A program made the translations under genes and the position numbers. 64,000 nucleotides of DNA, from positions 132,806,001-132,870,000 of the forward strand of contig CM059432.1 of NCBI GenBank assembly GCA_030390025.1, written 5' to 3'. Under the pieces are notes generated by a model. The model worked only from the letters and a program-made list of their open reading frames with translations, had not been told where the DNA came from and searched no databases. Shown one piece after another: positions 26,252 through 37,257 of this stretch; the first letter of the stretch is position 1, and every line of letters begins with the position of its first letter. This DNA is from Squalus acanthias. Taxonomy: Eukaryota.

Positions 26252-26838
26252 TACACTTAATGGCACAGTTTTAAAGAGTGTGCAGGGACAGAGGGACCTG
26301 TGAGTTAATGTGCATAGGTCCCTGAAGGTGGCAGGACATATTGAGAGAGTGGTTAGCAAAGCATATGGAATTTTGGGCTTCATAAATAGAGGTATTGAGT
26401 ACAAAAGTAGAGAAGTTATGCTGAATCTTTATAAAGCGCTGGTTAGGCCACAACTGGAGTATTGTGTCCAGTTCTGGTCACCAGACTTTAGGAAGGATGT
26501 GAAGACCCTTGAGAGGGTGCAGAGGAGATTTACCAGAATGGTTCCGGGGATGGGAGATCTTAGCTACAAGGACAGGTTGGAGAAGCTGGATTTGTTTTCA
26601 TTAGAGCAAAGGAGGTTGAGGGGTGATTTGATAGAGGTGTACAAGATTATGATGGGTTTGGATAGGCTAGACGGGGAAAGGCTGTTCCCACTAGTTGATG
26701 GTACAAGGACTAGGGGACACAGATTTAAGGTTTTGGGCAAGAGATACAGGGGGGATGTGAGGGAAAACTTTTTTACACAGTGTGTAGTGAGAACCTGGAA
26801 CTCGTTGCTGATGGAAGTGGTGGAAGTGGAGACACTCA

Positions 26839-27719
26839 GGGGGAGAAAATTCAGTATCGCCCCATTTGGGGCGCAATTATCGGCCGGGCACAAAGATTAG
26901 TGCCTGGCGCTAATTATCGCCTCCGACTGCAAACTTGACTTTTATCGCCCCTGGAGGTGATTGGAACGCTAAATCAGGCACTTCACACCTGTCTTAAGGC
27001 GCAAAGGCTGAGGAGTGTGGCGCTACCTCAGAGCGCTGGCGAAGCTCATGTGATGTCAGTCAGCAATGGAACACACACACAATGGCGCCGGCCAGTTCTT
27101 CAAGGGGAGGGTTGATCTTGCTTTCCATCCACACCCTGCTCATTGCAGCCTTGAATCTCGGCCTGGAGAGACCTGTACATCAAATCTGCTGGAAAGAACA
27201 ATGGAGAGACCCAGGGAAAGAGCTCAGAGTGCAGCCCCCACAGTCTCTTCTAAATCGATACAAGGAAGGGCAAATCAAAATGAACCTGCAAAGTGCTGCT
27301 CAGTACCCAAAACTCCTTCACACAGCGTTGAATCTCTCCAGAAGTCTCTCTCTCTCTCTCAGAATGCGTGGTTCAAAAATGTCACCAACAATAAAAGGCA
27401 GGAAGCGGTCGCCTTTAAATAGCACTTCCCCAGTCCCTTCCTGGCTGCAAAACGCTCCCCTCAACCTGTCATTGCTAGCGGCAGGCAGTAAGGCAGGGGG
27501 CGCCACTCAATATCGGCTCCGGGGCGCTGCGCACTCGACTGACGTCACGATCTGCCGGCGCAGGAGATCGTGGCGGTAGTGTTTAGCGCCGCCGCAAAAT
27601 GTCTAGTTAATTTCGCGAGCGGCGCAAACATCGCCGCGCCCGGGCGCTAGTTGCTTTGCGCCCCATTAGCGCCCTCTTAAAGCGCTAACGGGAGGTGCAA
27701 CCAACTGAATTTTTCCCCC
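26839..27719. mobile_element. Non-autonomous Harbinger, family A (inverted copy)
   Basis: TIRs with a perfect TCA TSD (26836-38/27720-22). Interrupts CR1 ORF2. Confidence 0.92.
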
Positions 27720-27879
27720 TCAATATTTTCAAGGGGAGACTGGATAGGCACTTGAGGGAAATAAACTTGCAGGGCTACGGGGATAGAGCGGGGGGGTTGG
27801 ACTGACTGGATTGCTCTGCAGTGAGCCGGCACGGACTCGATGGGCCGAATGGCCTCCTTCTGTGCTGTTATGACTCTAT

Positions 27880-28770
27880 GGGGGGAAAATTCAGTTGGTT
27901 GCGCCTCCCATTAGCGCCTTAAGAGGGCGCTAATGGGGCGCAAAGCAACTAGCGCCCGGACGCAGCAATGTTTGCGCCGCTCGCGAAATGAACTAAGCAT
28001 TTTGCGGCGGCAATAAACACTACCGCCACGATCTCCTGCGCCGGCAGATCGTGACGTCAGTCGAGTGCGCAACGCCCCGGTAGCGCCCTGGAGCCGATAT
28101 TGAGTGGCGCCCCCTGCCTTACCGCCTGCCGCTAGCAACGACAGGTTGAGGGGAGCGTTTTGCAGTCAGGAAGGGACTGGGGGAGCGCTATTTAAAGGCG
28201 ACCGCTTCCTGCCTTTTATTGTTGGTGACATTTTTGCACCACGCATTCTGAGAGAGCGAGAGAGACTTCTGGAGAGATTCAATGCTGTGTGAAGGAGTTT
28301 TGGGTACTGAGCAGCACTTTGCAGGTTCATTTTGATTTGCCCTTCCTTGTATCGATTTAGAAGAGACTGTGGGGGCTGCACTCTGAGCTCTTTCCCTGGT
28401 ACTCTCCATTGTTCTTTCCAGCAGATTTGATGTACAGGTCTCTCCAGGCCGAGATTCAAGGCTGCAATGAGCAGGGTGTGGATGGAAAGCAAGATCAACC
28501 CTCCCCTTTAAGAACTGGCCGGCGCCATTGTGTCTGTGTTCCATTGCTGACTGACATCACATGAGCTTCGCCAGCGCTCTGAGGTAGCGCCTCGCTCCTC
28601 GGCCTTTGCGCCTTAAGACAGGTGTGAACTGCTTGATTTAGCGCTCCAATCACCTCCAGGGGCGATAAAAGTCAAGTTTGCAGTCGGAGGCGATAATTAA
28701 CGCCAGGCGCTAATCTTTGCGCCCAGCTGATAATTGCGCCCCAAATGGGGCGATACTGAATTTCTCCCCC
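27880..28770. mobile_element. Non-autonomous Harbinger, family A, in CR1 tail
   Basis: TIRs with a perfect TAT TSD (27877-79/28771-73). Confidence 0.92.
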
Positions 28771-28781
28771 TATGATTCTAT

Positions 28782-30484
28782 GGGCTCAATTTTAACAGCC
28801 CTGAGGAGGTGGGTTTGGAAGCGGGTCAGTTGCAAAAATCGGAAAAAATGGCTTTCGTCACCCAACCCGCCTCCATCCCGCCCCCACCCGATTTTCATGA
28901 GTGTCTGTTCAGCTGCTCCCAAACTGACCCGACTCCAACCGGTGGGACAGGTAGTTAAGGCAGTTAAGAGCATGTTAACTGCCTTGATAATCCTATTTTG
29001 AGAGCGGTTTCCCATTTTTGTGCCTCTGGCTCCTGTTTCCTGTCTTGTCAGAAACAGCCCAGCTGCAAGGAGACGAGTTGGTGGAGGACATTATCTGTAG
29101 TCATTTTTGGTGCAGAACTTTAAAAGCGCTCCTGTAACATGGCTGGCATTCAAATGCAACAACTTTGCTGTTGGAGGTTTGGGATAGGATTTTGCAAATC
29201 TACTGACCTTGCGACTGGTGAAGCTGACACACATCTGCTGTTTGAACTGATTGGAATAATTTCAGGCCACTTTGAGTGTGCGCTTGCAAGCTTCTTGCCT
29301 CAACTGAAATCTATAACAACGGGATGGGAACCATTTACATCCTCTCATCCTGGTCATCAGATTCGGAGGAAGAGCAGCGCGGCTTAGTGCTGCCGGATGA
29401 ACAAATGGCTCAGCACACAGCCTCCTTGGAGGAAGATGAAGAGGACGAGGAAGAGGACGAGGAAGAGGACGAGGAGGAGGACGAGGAGGAGGACGAAGAG
29501 TGATGCCTTGCGGGGCTGGATGTGGCCAATCCAGCAGCAGGTGACCACATTGCTGGCCATCAGGCAAGGGATGCACTCAGTCATGCCAGATTCGCGTAAG
29601 CTTACACTTCAACCACAGGTGGCTGGCACATGGAAATGAATAAAAGTCCGACATTCTCAAAACCCCAGGCATCATCTGTCCAATAAATGGTGGTTTGCGC
29701 TCCATCTCACCACCAACATTCTACATGGAATTCTCCCTGAGCTCTCACTCTTGAACTTCCATTTCCCAGAACACAGGGGCTACACTTTAGGTGATCTCAG
29801 TAGATCATTAAACCTCTTTCCACACTGAACCCATGTGCGTCTGCACACAGACCTCGAGCTCACCTCCTCAGCAATTTGCAGCCAAGCTGCCTTGGTTTGC
29901 TGAGGAGGCCTCCTCCTTCCGTTTCCAGGGAAGAGGAGCTCCTGACATCCTCTAACCCCCTCAACAAGAGCATGGAGAGAGCCCTCATTGAACCTGGGTG
30001 CAGCCTTAGTTATTGGGGCTGCCATTCCTGCAGCTCCCAGCACCTTTGAGAGAAAAAAGCATTAATATTACTAAGCCAATGATTGGAACAAATCTGGCAT
30101 CTTTTTCATTTCATAGTCAGATAATAAATTGATATATTAAAAAAAGTCATAAATATCTTTCTGGAATAATATGACCAGCAATTTCATTCATTAAATTTTG
30201 TTCAGAACAGACGCTGTCAACTCCCCTTTCTATATAATACAGCACCAATCCATCCCATTGACATTTTTTCAAAGGGGACATGGCCCCTTTAAATTTTCAT
30301 TCAAACAAACTGATGAGAAACTGACAGCCTCCAAGCAATTGCCTGGAGGGACCCGCACGCCGGCCATAACAAGACCAATCAAGTCAAAATAGTAAGTGAT
30401 GGGAGGCGGCAGTCGGGAGCGGGTCGGAAAGCCGCCGAGCAGCGGGCCCGCCCTCAACCCGTCTCCATTCATAAAATCGAGCCC
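28782..30484. mobile_element. Non-autonomous Harbinger with Myb/SANT exon, in CR1 tail
   Basis: TIRs gggctcaatttt / aaaatcgagccc with a perfect TAT TSD (28779-81/30485-87). Acidic transposase C-terminal remnant at 29430-29500. Confidence 0.88.
29780..30025 (-). pseudogene. Harbinger Myb/SANT-like DNA-binding domain (open exon)
   Basis: MAAPITKAAPRFNEGSLHALVEGV...AWLQIAEEVSSRSVCRRTWVQCGKRFNDL, a trihelix Myb/SANT pattern (NAIF1/MSANTD-like). Confidence 0.85.
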
Positions 30485-32687
30485 TATGACTCTATAAGAG
30501 GAAAGTAAAGTGCAGAGGACAAGGGCAAGCAAGACTACAAAAATTCTAAAATATAGGACATGTTATCAGGGGTTAGTGGATTCCGGATAGTTTGCAATTA
30601 TTCAAGCAATTTTTCGCAAATGTATGGCAGAAATTTTGTTGCATTCTATTATAATTAGAAATGACAGAAAACATGCCGAAGGGATGAAATTGTACTGTGG
30701 TGTGCCTACAATTTAATACCGTGATGCTGCTTAGTGTGGTCACTATATAGTAAAATTAGTTAGTTGGACCATTTTGGAAAGAACCATTTAGTCTTGTATA
30801 TGTCAGTGCTTAATGGACCTGCTGCTCCATAAGCCTTAACATCTTGTAAAAGTACAGCTCAGCATTAATATTGGGGGAGTGCTGGATTTCTGATGGCAGC
30901 TACATTCATCCTTCTACCTTCACATGATGACGATCAGAGAACTTCAAATGAGTAGGTAAATTTAAATTGAATTTTGTGTCCTGCAAAATGCAGGATCATG
31001 ATTTTTGTCAGGCCTCCCTGGAGTATTGCTCTAATTTGTACATCTTGATCTTGCGTTGCAACTTTTCTTCATAAAGTCAGCAGCATGTTCAGCAAGCTTG
31101 CTGTAAAAATGTCACATTGCAGTATAATTAAAATTTAAAACCAGTATAAATAATGCAATAACCTCTGGGCTCCAATAACATCCTTGTCTTGTAATGGGAC
31201 ATTCGCATTAATCCTCAACAACAACTTGCATTTATATAGCACCTTTGGCCAGAATCCTCTGGCGTCCGTGCGAGCGCGATTCGAGGTGGGTTGGGTGGGA
31301 AATTTGAAATAAGTTGGAGCGGGTCGGGAACCCGCCATCATCCCGCCCCCACGCGCCTTTCCCTCGGGCTGGTTTGCCAGCGTGGCTGCGACCCGACCGG
31401 CAGAGGTGGCCGAGCTAATTCAGATGATTATGAGGTACTTGTCAGACCCTTAAGAGTCTTTTTAACCCTACCTTTCAAATTTCCCTGGATGAGCACGGGA
31501 ATCACGCAGCTCGGGAACCACGTCTGTGAACCTGAGGTGGAAGTTGTGTGGCCATTGATCCAGCTCATTAGTGCACAGCATGAAAAGTACAATAAAAACT
31601 CTCACCTGACACTTGGTCACTTTCCTCAGGCGGATGTTGTTGCTGAGTGCATTGTCAGCACAGATTTAGCTTTCTAGAGGTTGCAAGTGCTTTCAGCAAA
31701 GTCAGGATCCACTGTCACCTCATTGGTACAACCTGTCACACCATTGACAGATTGCTTCTGTCATCTCTACTTGACCTGCCATCTATTACATCAGCATGGG
31801 TACCATTTATACTGTCTCACCTTGGTCCTCAGAATTGGACCACAATGAGCCCCAACACCAGCAGCACCAGGCACACCAGCAGCACCAACACCAACACCAA
31901 CACCACCAACCTTCTCCTCAACCACCTGATGCTGCACAGGACAGAGGGCATCAGCGCAGGGCTGCACCGCGCAGGAGGCGGTACCCCCCAACACAGGGTA
32001 TACGGGCAGAGGATGAGCTTCCTCAACATGACTGAGCAGCAGTGCCAAAGGAGGCTCAGGCTATCGTGCCAGGTCGTCGCAGACATTTGCAGATAGCTGG
32101 AGCAAGACCTGCGGCCCAGAGGAGCGGGTGGACACTCCTTACCAGTGGCTGTCAAAGTCACCAGCGCCCTCAACTTCTTCACCTCAGGCTCCTTCCAGGG
32201 ATCTGCAGCAGGCATTTGCGGCATCTCGCAGTCAGCCGCCCACAGATGCATCACACAGGTCACCGGTGCCCTCTTTGACAAGTCGGCCAATTATATCAAC
32301 TTTGCCACTGATGAAGCCAGTGTTACTGAGCGGGGGCTGGCCTTTGCCACTCTGGCTGGATTCCCACAGGTGCAGGGTGTCATCGACTGCACACATGTGG
32401 CCATCATCACCCTGGAGTCTTTGTCAACTGCAAGGGGTTCCACTCCCTCAATGTGCAGCTCGTCTGCAACCATAGGAAGATCATCATGCATGTGTGCACC
32501 AAATTCCCTGGCAGCTGCCGTGACTCTTTCATCCTGCACCAGTCCACCCTCCCTCTGCTCTTCGCTCCTCCAAACAGACTTTCCGGCTGGCTGCTTGGAG
32601 ACAAGGGCTATCCACTGAAGAAGTAGCTCATGACACCCTTGAGGAGGCCAAGTACTGAGGCTCAGGAGAGATATGATGAAAGCCACA

Positions 32688-34512
32688 TTTTTTAAAATTT
32701 GTTCATGGGATGTGGGCATCGCTGGCAAGGCCAGCATTTATTGCCCATCCCGAGTTGCCCTTGAGAAAGTGGTGGTGAGCTGCCTTCTTGAACTGCTGCA
32801 GTCCGTGTGGTGAAGGTACTCCCACAGTGCTGTTAGGGAGGGAGTTCCAGGATTTTGACCCAGCGACGATGAAGAAACGGTGATATACTTCTAAGTTAGG
32901 ATGGTGTGTGACTTGGAGGGGAACTTGGAGGTGGTGGTATTCCCATGCGCCTGCTGCCCTTGTCCTTCTAGGTGGAAGAGGTCGCGGGTTTGGGAGGTGC
33001 TGCCAAAAAAACCTTGGCGAGTTGCTGCAGTGCATCTTGTAGATGGTACACACTGCAGCCACGGTACGCCGGTGGTTGAGGGAGTGAATGTTTAAGGTGG
33101 TGGATGAGGTGCCAATCAAGCTGGTTGCTTTGTCCTGGATGGTGTCGAGCTTCTTGAGTGTTGTTGGAGCTGTGCTCATCCAGGCAAGTGGAGAGTATTC
33201 CATCACACTCCTTACTTGTGCCTTGTAGATGGTGGAAAGGCTTTGGGGAGTCAGGAGGTGAGACACTTGCCGTAGAATACCTAGCCTTTGACCTGCTCTT
33301 GTTGCCACAGTATTTATGTGGCTGGTCCAGTTAAGTTTCTGGTCAATAGTGACCCCCAGGATGTTGATGGTGGGGGATTTGGTGATGGTAGTGCCATTGA
33401 ATGTCAAGGGGCGGTGATTAGACGCTTGCTTGTTGGAGATAGTCATTGCCTGGCACTTGTGTGGCGCGAATGTTACCTGCCACTTATCAGCCCAAGTCTG
33501 AATGTCATCCAGGTCTTGCTGCATGCGGGCATGGACTGCTTCATTATCTGAGGAGTTGCAAATGGCAGTGAACACTGTGCAGTCATCAGCGAACATCCCC
33601 ACTTCAGACCTTATGATGGAGAGAAGGTCATTGATGAAGCAGCTGAAGATGGTTGGGCCTCGGACACTGCCCTGGGGAACTCCTGCAGCGATGTTCTGGG
33701 GCTGTGATGATTGATTTCCAATCACCACAACCATCTTCCTTTGTGCTAGGTATGACTCCAGTCAGAGGAGAGTTTCCCCCCCAATTCCCATTGACTTCAG
33801 TTTTACTAGGGCTCCTTGATGCCACACTCGGTCAAATGCTACCTTGATATCAAGGGCAGTCACTCTCACCTCACCTCTGGAATTCAGCTCTTTTGTCCAT
33901 GTTTGGACCAAGGCTGTAATGAGGTCTGGAGCCGAATGGTCCTGGCGGAACCCAAACTGGGCATCAGTGAGTAGGTTATTGGTGAGTAAGTGCTGCTTGA
34001 TAGCACTGTCGACGACACCTTCCATCACTTTGCTGATGATTGAGAGTAGACTGATGGGGCGGTAATTGGCCTGGATTGGATTTGTCCTTTCTTTTTGTGG
34101 ACAGGACATACCTGGACAGTTTTCCACATTGTCACATAGATGCCAGTGTTGTAGCTGTACTGGAACAGCTTGGCTAGAGGCGCGGCTAGTTCTGGAGCAC
34201 AAGCCTTCAGTGCGACAGCCGGGATGTTGTCGGGGCCCACAGCCTTTGCTGTATCCAGTGCTCTCAGCCGTTTCTTGATATCACGTGGAGTGAATCTAAT
34301 TGGCTGAAGGCTGGCTTCTGTGCTGGTGGGGACCTCAGAAGGAGGCCGATATGGATCATCCACTCGGCCCTTCTGGCTGAAGATGGTTGCAAACACTTCA
34401 GCCTTGTCTTTTGCACTCATGTGCTGGGCTCCACCATCATTGAGGATGGGGATATTCACGTAGCCTCCTCCTCCCATCGTTGTTTAATGGTCCACCACCT
34501 TTCATGACTGGA
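32688..34512 (-). mobile_element. Non-LTR retrotransposon (CR1/L2 group, distinct from canonical CR1), 5'-truncated; RT ORFs 33762-34202 and 32703-33734
   Basis: NYRPISLLS, ALDIKVAFDRVWH, GVPQGSVRGP, MFADD and ILGVTID motifs. A-rich tail at 32688-32700. Confidence 0.9.
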
Positions 34513-34625
34513 TTTCCACCAGATGTGTCATAGAACAGACAATAGGCATGCTGAAAATGCGCTTCAGATGCCTTGACAGATCTGGAGGAGCCCTTCAGTA
34601 CGCACCAGCCAGGATCTCCAGAATT

Positions 34626-36714
34626 AACATAAGAACATAAGAAATAGGAGCAGGAGTAGGCCAATCGGCCCCTCGAGCCTGCTCCGCCATTCAATAAGAT
34701 CATGGCTGATCTGATCCTAACCGCCAATCTACTATCTATCACAGAACCATCTCCTGCATCTAACAGAATTGCACACACGAAATAGGAGCAGAATCAGGCT
34801 ACACGGTCCCTGGGCCCGCTCCACTACCCACAGGGCCATGACCGATCCGAACCTAGACTCATGTCCAAATTCCTGCCCGCTCCCCGTAACCCTTAATGCC
34901 CTTTACTTCTAGGAAACTGTCTATTTCTGTTTTAAATTTAATTAATGTTGTAGCTTCTACAGCTTTTTGTGGCAGCATATTCCATGGACCTACCACCCTC
35001 TGAGTGAAGTAGTTCCTCCTCATCTCAGTTTTGAAAGAGCAGCCCCTTATTCTAAGACTATGTCCCCTAGTTCTAGTCTCACCCGTCATCGGGAACATCC
35101 TCCCCGCATCCACCCGATCCAACCCCTTCACAATCTTATATGTTTCAATAAGATCGCCTCTCATTCTTCTGAACTCCAATGAGTAGAGTCCCAATCTACC
35201 CAACCTCTCCTCATATGACCACCCCCTCATCCCCGGGATTAACCGAGTGAACCTTTTTTGCACTGCCTCGAGAGCAAGGATGTCTTTCCTTAAGTAAGGA
35301 CACCAAAACTGTATGCAGTATTCCAGGTGCGGTCTCACCAATACCTTGTACAACTGAAGCAATACCTCCCTATTTTTATATTCTATCCCCCTAGCAATGA
35401 AAGCCAACATTCCATTTGCCTTCTTAATCACTTGCTGCACCTGCATACTAACCTTTTGAGTTTCGTGCACCAGGACCCCCAGATCCCTTTGCACTTCAGT
35501 ACTCTCCAGTTTCTTGCCATTAAGATAATAAATTGCTCTAGGATTTTTCCTGCCAAAGTGCATCACCTCACACTTTCCAGTGTTGTATTCCATCTGCCAA
35601 ATCTCTGCCCACTTACTTAGCCTGTCTATGTCCCCTTGCAGGTTTTTTATGTCCTCCTCACTCACTACTTTCCCTCCCATCTTTGTATCATCTGCAAATT
35701 TTGATATGTTACACTTGGTCCCTTCCTCCAAATCGTTAATATAGATTGTAAAGAGTTGGGGACCCAGCACTGACCCCTGTGGAACACCACTAGTTACTGA
35801 TTGCCAGTCTGAGAATGAACCATTTATCCCAACTCTTTGCTTTCTGTTGGATAGCCAATCCTCTATCCATGCCAGAATATTACCCCCAATCCCGTGATTT
35901 TTTACCTTAAGCAATAATCTTTTGTGTGGCACCTTGTCAAATGCCTTTTGGAAGTCTAAATACACTACGTCCACTGGTTCCCCTTTATCCACTCTATATG
36001 TTACTTCCTCAAAGAACTCCAGCAAATTTGTCAAACATGACTTCCCCTTCGTAAAACCATGCTGACTTTGTCCTATTAAATGATGATTATCCAAATGTCC
36101 TGTTACTGTTTCCTTAATAATGGACTCCAAAATTTTACCTACCACAGATGTTAGGCTAACCGGTCTATAGTTACCAGCCTTCTGTCTACTGCCCTTTTTA
36201 AATAAGGGTGTTACATTAGCAGTTTTCCAGTCTGCCGGGACCTCAGCGGAATCCAGGGAGTTTTGAAAAATTATTACCAATGCATCTACAATCCCTACCG
36301 CCACTTCCTTCAAGACTCTAGGATGTAAGCCATCAGGTCCAGGTGATTTATCCGCCTTGAGTCCCATTATTTTACCGAGTACCACTTCCTTAGTGATTTT
36401 GATCGTGTTTAGCTCCTCTCCCCCTATAGCCCCCTGTTTGTCCAGTGTTGGGATATTCTTAGTGTCCTCTACTGTAAAGACTGATACAAAATATTCATTC
36501 AGTGTTTTTGCCATCTCCATATTTCCCAACATTAATTTCCCGGTCTCATCCTCTAAGGGACCAACATTTACTTTAGCCACCCTTTTTCTTTTTATATAAC
36601 TATAAAAACTCTTACTATCTGTTTTTATATTTTTTGCTAATTTACTTTCATAATCTATCTTCCCTTTCTTAATCAATCTTTTTGTTATTTTTTGCTGCCT
36701 TTTAAAGTTTTCCC
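34626..36714 (-). mobile_element. Young CR1 LINE, 5'-truncated, inserted in the transposase
   Basis: AATT duplicated at 34622-25 and 36715-18. (TTCTTATG)n tail. Uninterrupted RT ORF. Confidence 0.95.
34859..36714 (-). CDS. CR1 ORF2 reverse-transcriptase region, open for ~618 codons (no endonuclease or native start)
   Basis: ORF 34859..36742: [53 protein letters not shown]. The first ~9 residues derive from the flank. Confidence 0.9.
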
Positions 36715-37257
36715 AATTGTTGTGGTCTGCTGTGCCCTGCACAACATAGCGCAGCAGTGCAGATTAGCACTGCATGAGGAGCAAGGCACTTAGTGCACAG
36801 CCTCTTCAGAGGAGGAGGAGCATCAGCTGGAAGACAAGTAGGAGGAGGATCAGGAAGAACATGCGGTCCAGATCCCACCAGCACCTGAGCACATTGCTGC
36901 CCGGGAGTCCCAGGATGGCCTCATCATGGTCAGATTTACTTAACTTCACGCATTATATGCCAGGTTCCCACCACCCCACAGCAACACCATGAAGCATCCC
37001 TACAATGACCAAGCCATTCCTTTCACACTGACCACCATTGCTGGAGGTAACGTTATGTCTCACCATTCACTCCAACTCACTAAGCCACTTCCAAAGTTGC
37101 ACACAAATTTGTCCATGACCGCCGGAGAGTGGTGAAAATAAATATTTTTTATCTGTGACATCACATTAACAGAAACTTTACACAAACATTTATTAAAACA
37201 CCCAAGTGGCTACCCTTGTCCATCTAATTGTGTTTCGTCTTTCTCTTATGCATGCTT

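Larger units (their letters stand above)
25575..30495 (+). mobile_element. CR1 LINE carrying four nested insertions (pieces 25575-26838, 27720-27879, 28771-28781, 30485-30495)
   Basis: RT motifs [22 protein letters not shown] and FADDTK, a 196-aa C-terminal ORF, 3' UTR and tail repeats. Pieces rejoin across the TSDs. Confidence 0.92.
31796..36943 (+). pseudogene. Harbinger DDE transposase (HARBI1-like, DDE_Tnp_4), in pieces 31796-32687, ~34511-34625, 36715-36943
   Basis: [18 protein letters not shown]...[14 protein letters not shown] (D1), [10 protein letters not shown] (D2), TRCVIEQTIGMLKMRFRCLDRSGGALQY (E) and VVCCALHN. Contains stops, a frameshift and two LINE insertions. Confidence 0.92.

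Noticed and set aside
27066..27422. 118-126 aa ORF (MEHTHNG...) 'conserved' in three places
   Set aside because: It recurs only because the three MITE copies are young and nearly identical. No domain recognised and no evidence of selection.
29420..29503. Acidic-repeat protein exon or CRISPR-like repeat
   Set aside because: GAG/GAC slippage in a transposase C-terminal remnant. There is no repeat-spacer array anywhere in the window.
32145..32618. Host HARBI1 or NAIF1/MSANTD genes
   Set aside because: The sequences lie within TIR/TSD-bounded, multicopy, disrupted elements, so they are transposon genes and not domesticated loci.
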